A stretch of DNA of 64,000 nt from Flectonema sp. DT1601 (Eukaryota): NCBI GenBank assembly GCA_964019425.1, contig OZ025781.1, positions 496,001-560,000 of the forward strand, given 5' to 3'. Shown here one piece after another: positions 62,982 to 64,000 of the stretch. The notes beneath the pieces were generated by a model. The model was not told where the DNA came from and ran no database searches. It worked only from the letters and a program-made list of their open reading frames with translations. The position numbers and the translations under genes were made by a program. The first letter of the stretch is position 1. Each line of letters starts with the position of its first letter.

Positions 62982-64000
62982 CCGGCGGAGGACGGAAGGA
63001 ACTGGGCGGAGACACGGAGACGTCTCCTGCTACAAGCTGGCGACGTTGAGAGGAACCCCGGACCGAGACCACGAATCGATGGGCTCACCGTGGGAACAAT
63101 CAATGTCACCACACTAGAAGGAAAAATAGATGCCATCACAGATCTGAACCTAGATCTGATAGCTCTACAGGAAACTTCTCTGACGGGCCCACAGCAACGC
63201 CAGATGAAAAAACAGCTCGGTGAGAGAGGATGGGAAGCGACGTTCGGGTTAGAGTGCAAATTACTAACCGATGGGCAAAAGACGTGGACGGCGGCGGGAG
63301 GCGTGGCCATCTTGACGCGCACTGGTACACCGGTGAGAAGGATAAAACACGATCGGCTCGACAACACGGGACGATTCGTACACGCGGGAGTGTCGTACGG
63401 AAATGGCAAGGTACTGCACGTTTTCTCGTTCTACGGAGACGTACGTTCGGCGGTCTACACGGAAGAGTTGATTGCGGAGATGCTCGTGGAAGCAGCAGCT
63501 CTGGGTGATGTTCCCGTATTTATAGCGGGGGACTTCAACGTCGAAACAACGGAATCGCCGGCGCTTCTGTCGGCTTTCGCACACGGACTCTGGATAGATG
63601 CCGCCGTCTCGATGGGAAACATGACACCGACAAGCGAAGCGGGAAAAGGACTTCGTAGAATCGATGCGATTCTGATGAACCGCGGGGCGGCGACAGCAAT
63701 CTCGAATGACACAACGATCCATGTGCATAAGAGTGAGCTGATCCCGACACACAAGCCGGTCATCATTAGAAAGCTCAACATCTCACGCTACAACGAGAAG
63801 GCTCCTAGGCTGATAGTACCGAAACAGTTGGATACCTCCGAGACAACGGACCCGAGTGAGGGGAAGGCCGAAAGGCAACTCCACTGGACGCGAGCTGTAG
63901 CGACGGAAGATCCTGACAAGATGCTGGAGGCGCTTGGAGAGATCATCGAAAGATACCTTCTGACGGGAAAGCTGGAGATAAGTAACCCAGCCAAGTACAA
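62982..64000 (+). CDS. Retrotransposon ORF2, 5' part (2A at 63042-63065 + APE endonuclease), truncated by the window
   Basis: Same TGA-2A-GTINV arrangement as copy B (offset 16214). Confidence 0.9.

Larger units (their letters stand above)
59959..64000 (+). mobile_element. Non-LTR retrotransposon copy C (5'-complete, runs off the window end)
   Basis: Same 5' end and LRR junction as copy B. ORF1 is diverged by substitutions and in-frame indels. Confidence 0.95.

Noticed and set aside
1..64000. tRNA, rRNA or snoRNA genes
   Set aside because: No convincing cloverleaf or rRNA signature was seen by eye. A covariance-model scan would be needed to exclude them.

Overview
Eukaryotic (protist) nuclear DNA. 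All confidently called genes lie on the + strand and have short GT-AG introns, which suggests a polycistronic euglenozoan, possibly a diplonemid (inference). 1-32.6 kb is a housekeeping block with homopolymer-rich spacers: V-ATPase subunit a, a ~1945-aa CAP + EGF-like repeat type I membrane protein, PIG-M, an EF-hand/WD40 protein, coatomer alpha, a Ubl/DUF4116-like protein and a multi-TM MORN protein. 32.8-64 kb is a recently amplified tandem array of [papain-family protease - ubiquitin-like/LRR gene - spacer] units. In every unit the 75-bp LRR array is interrupted by an APE-RT non-LTR retrotransposon. This element is the main discovery. It starts exactly at a predicted HDV-like self-cleaving ribozyme, and two diverged copies sit at the same nucleotide of the LRR unit, in frame with it. 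Its ORF1 and ORF2 share one frame and are separated by a single TGA followed by a viral-type 2A peptide (DVERNPGP). ORF2 ends in three unusual Cys/His repeats. The host LRR cassettes are shuffled between otherwise near-identical gene copies, and one rearranged copy forms an open Ubl-LRR-RT fusion.
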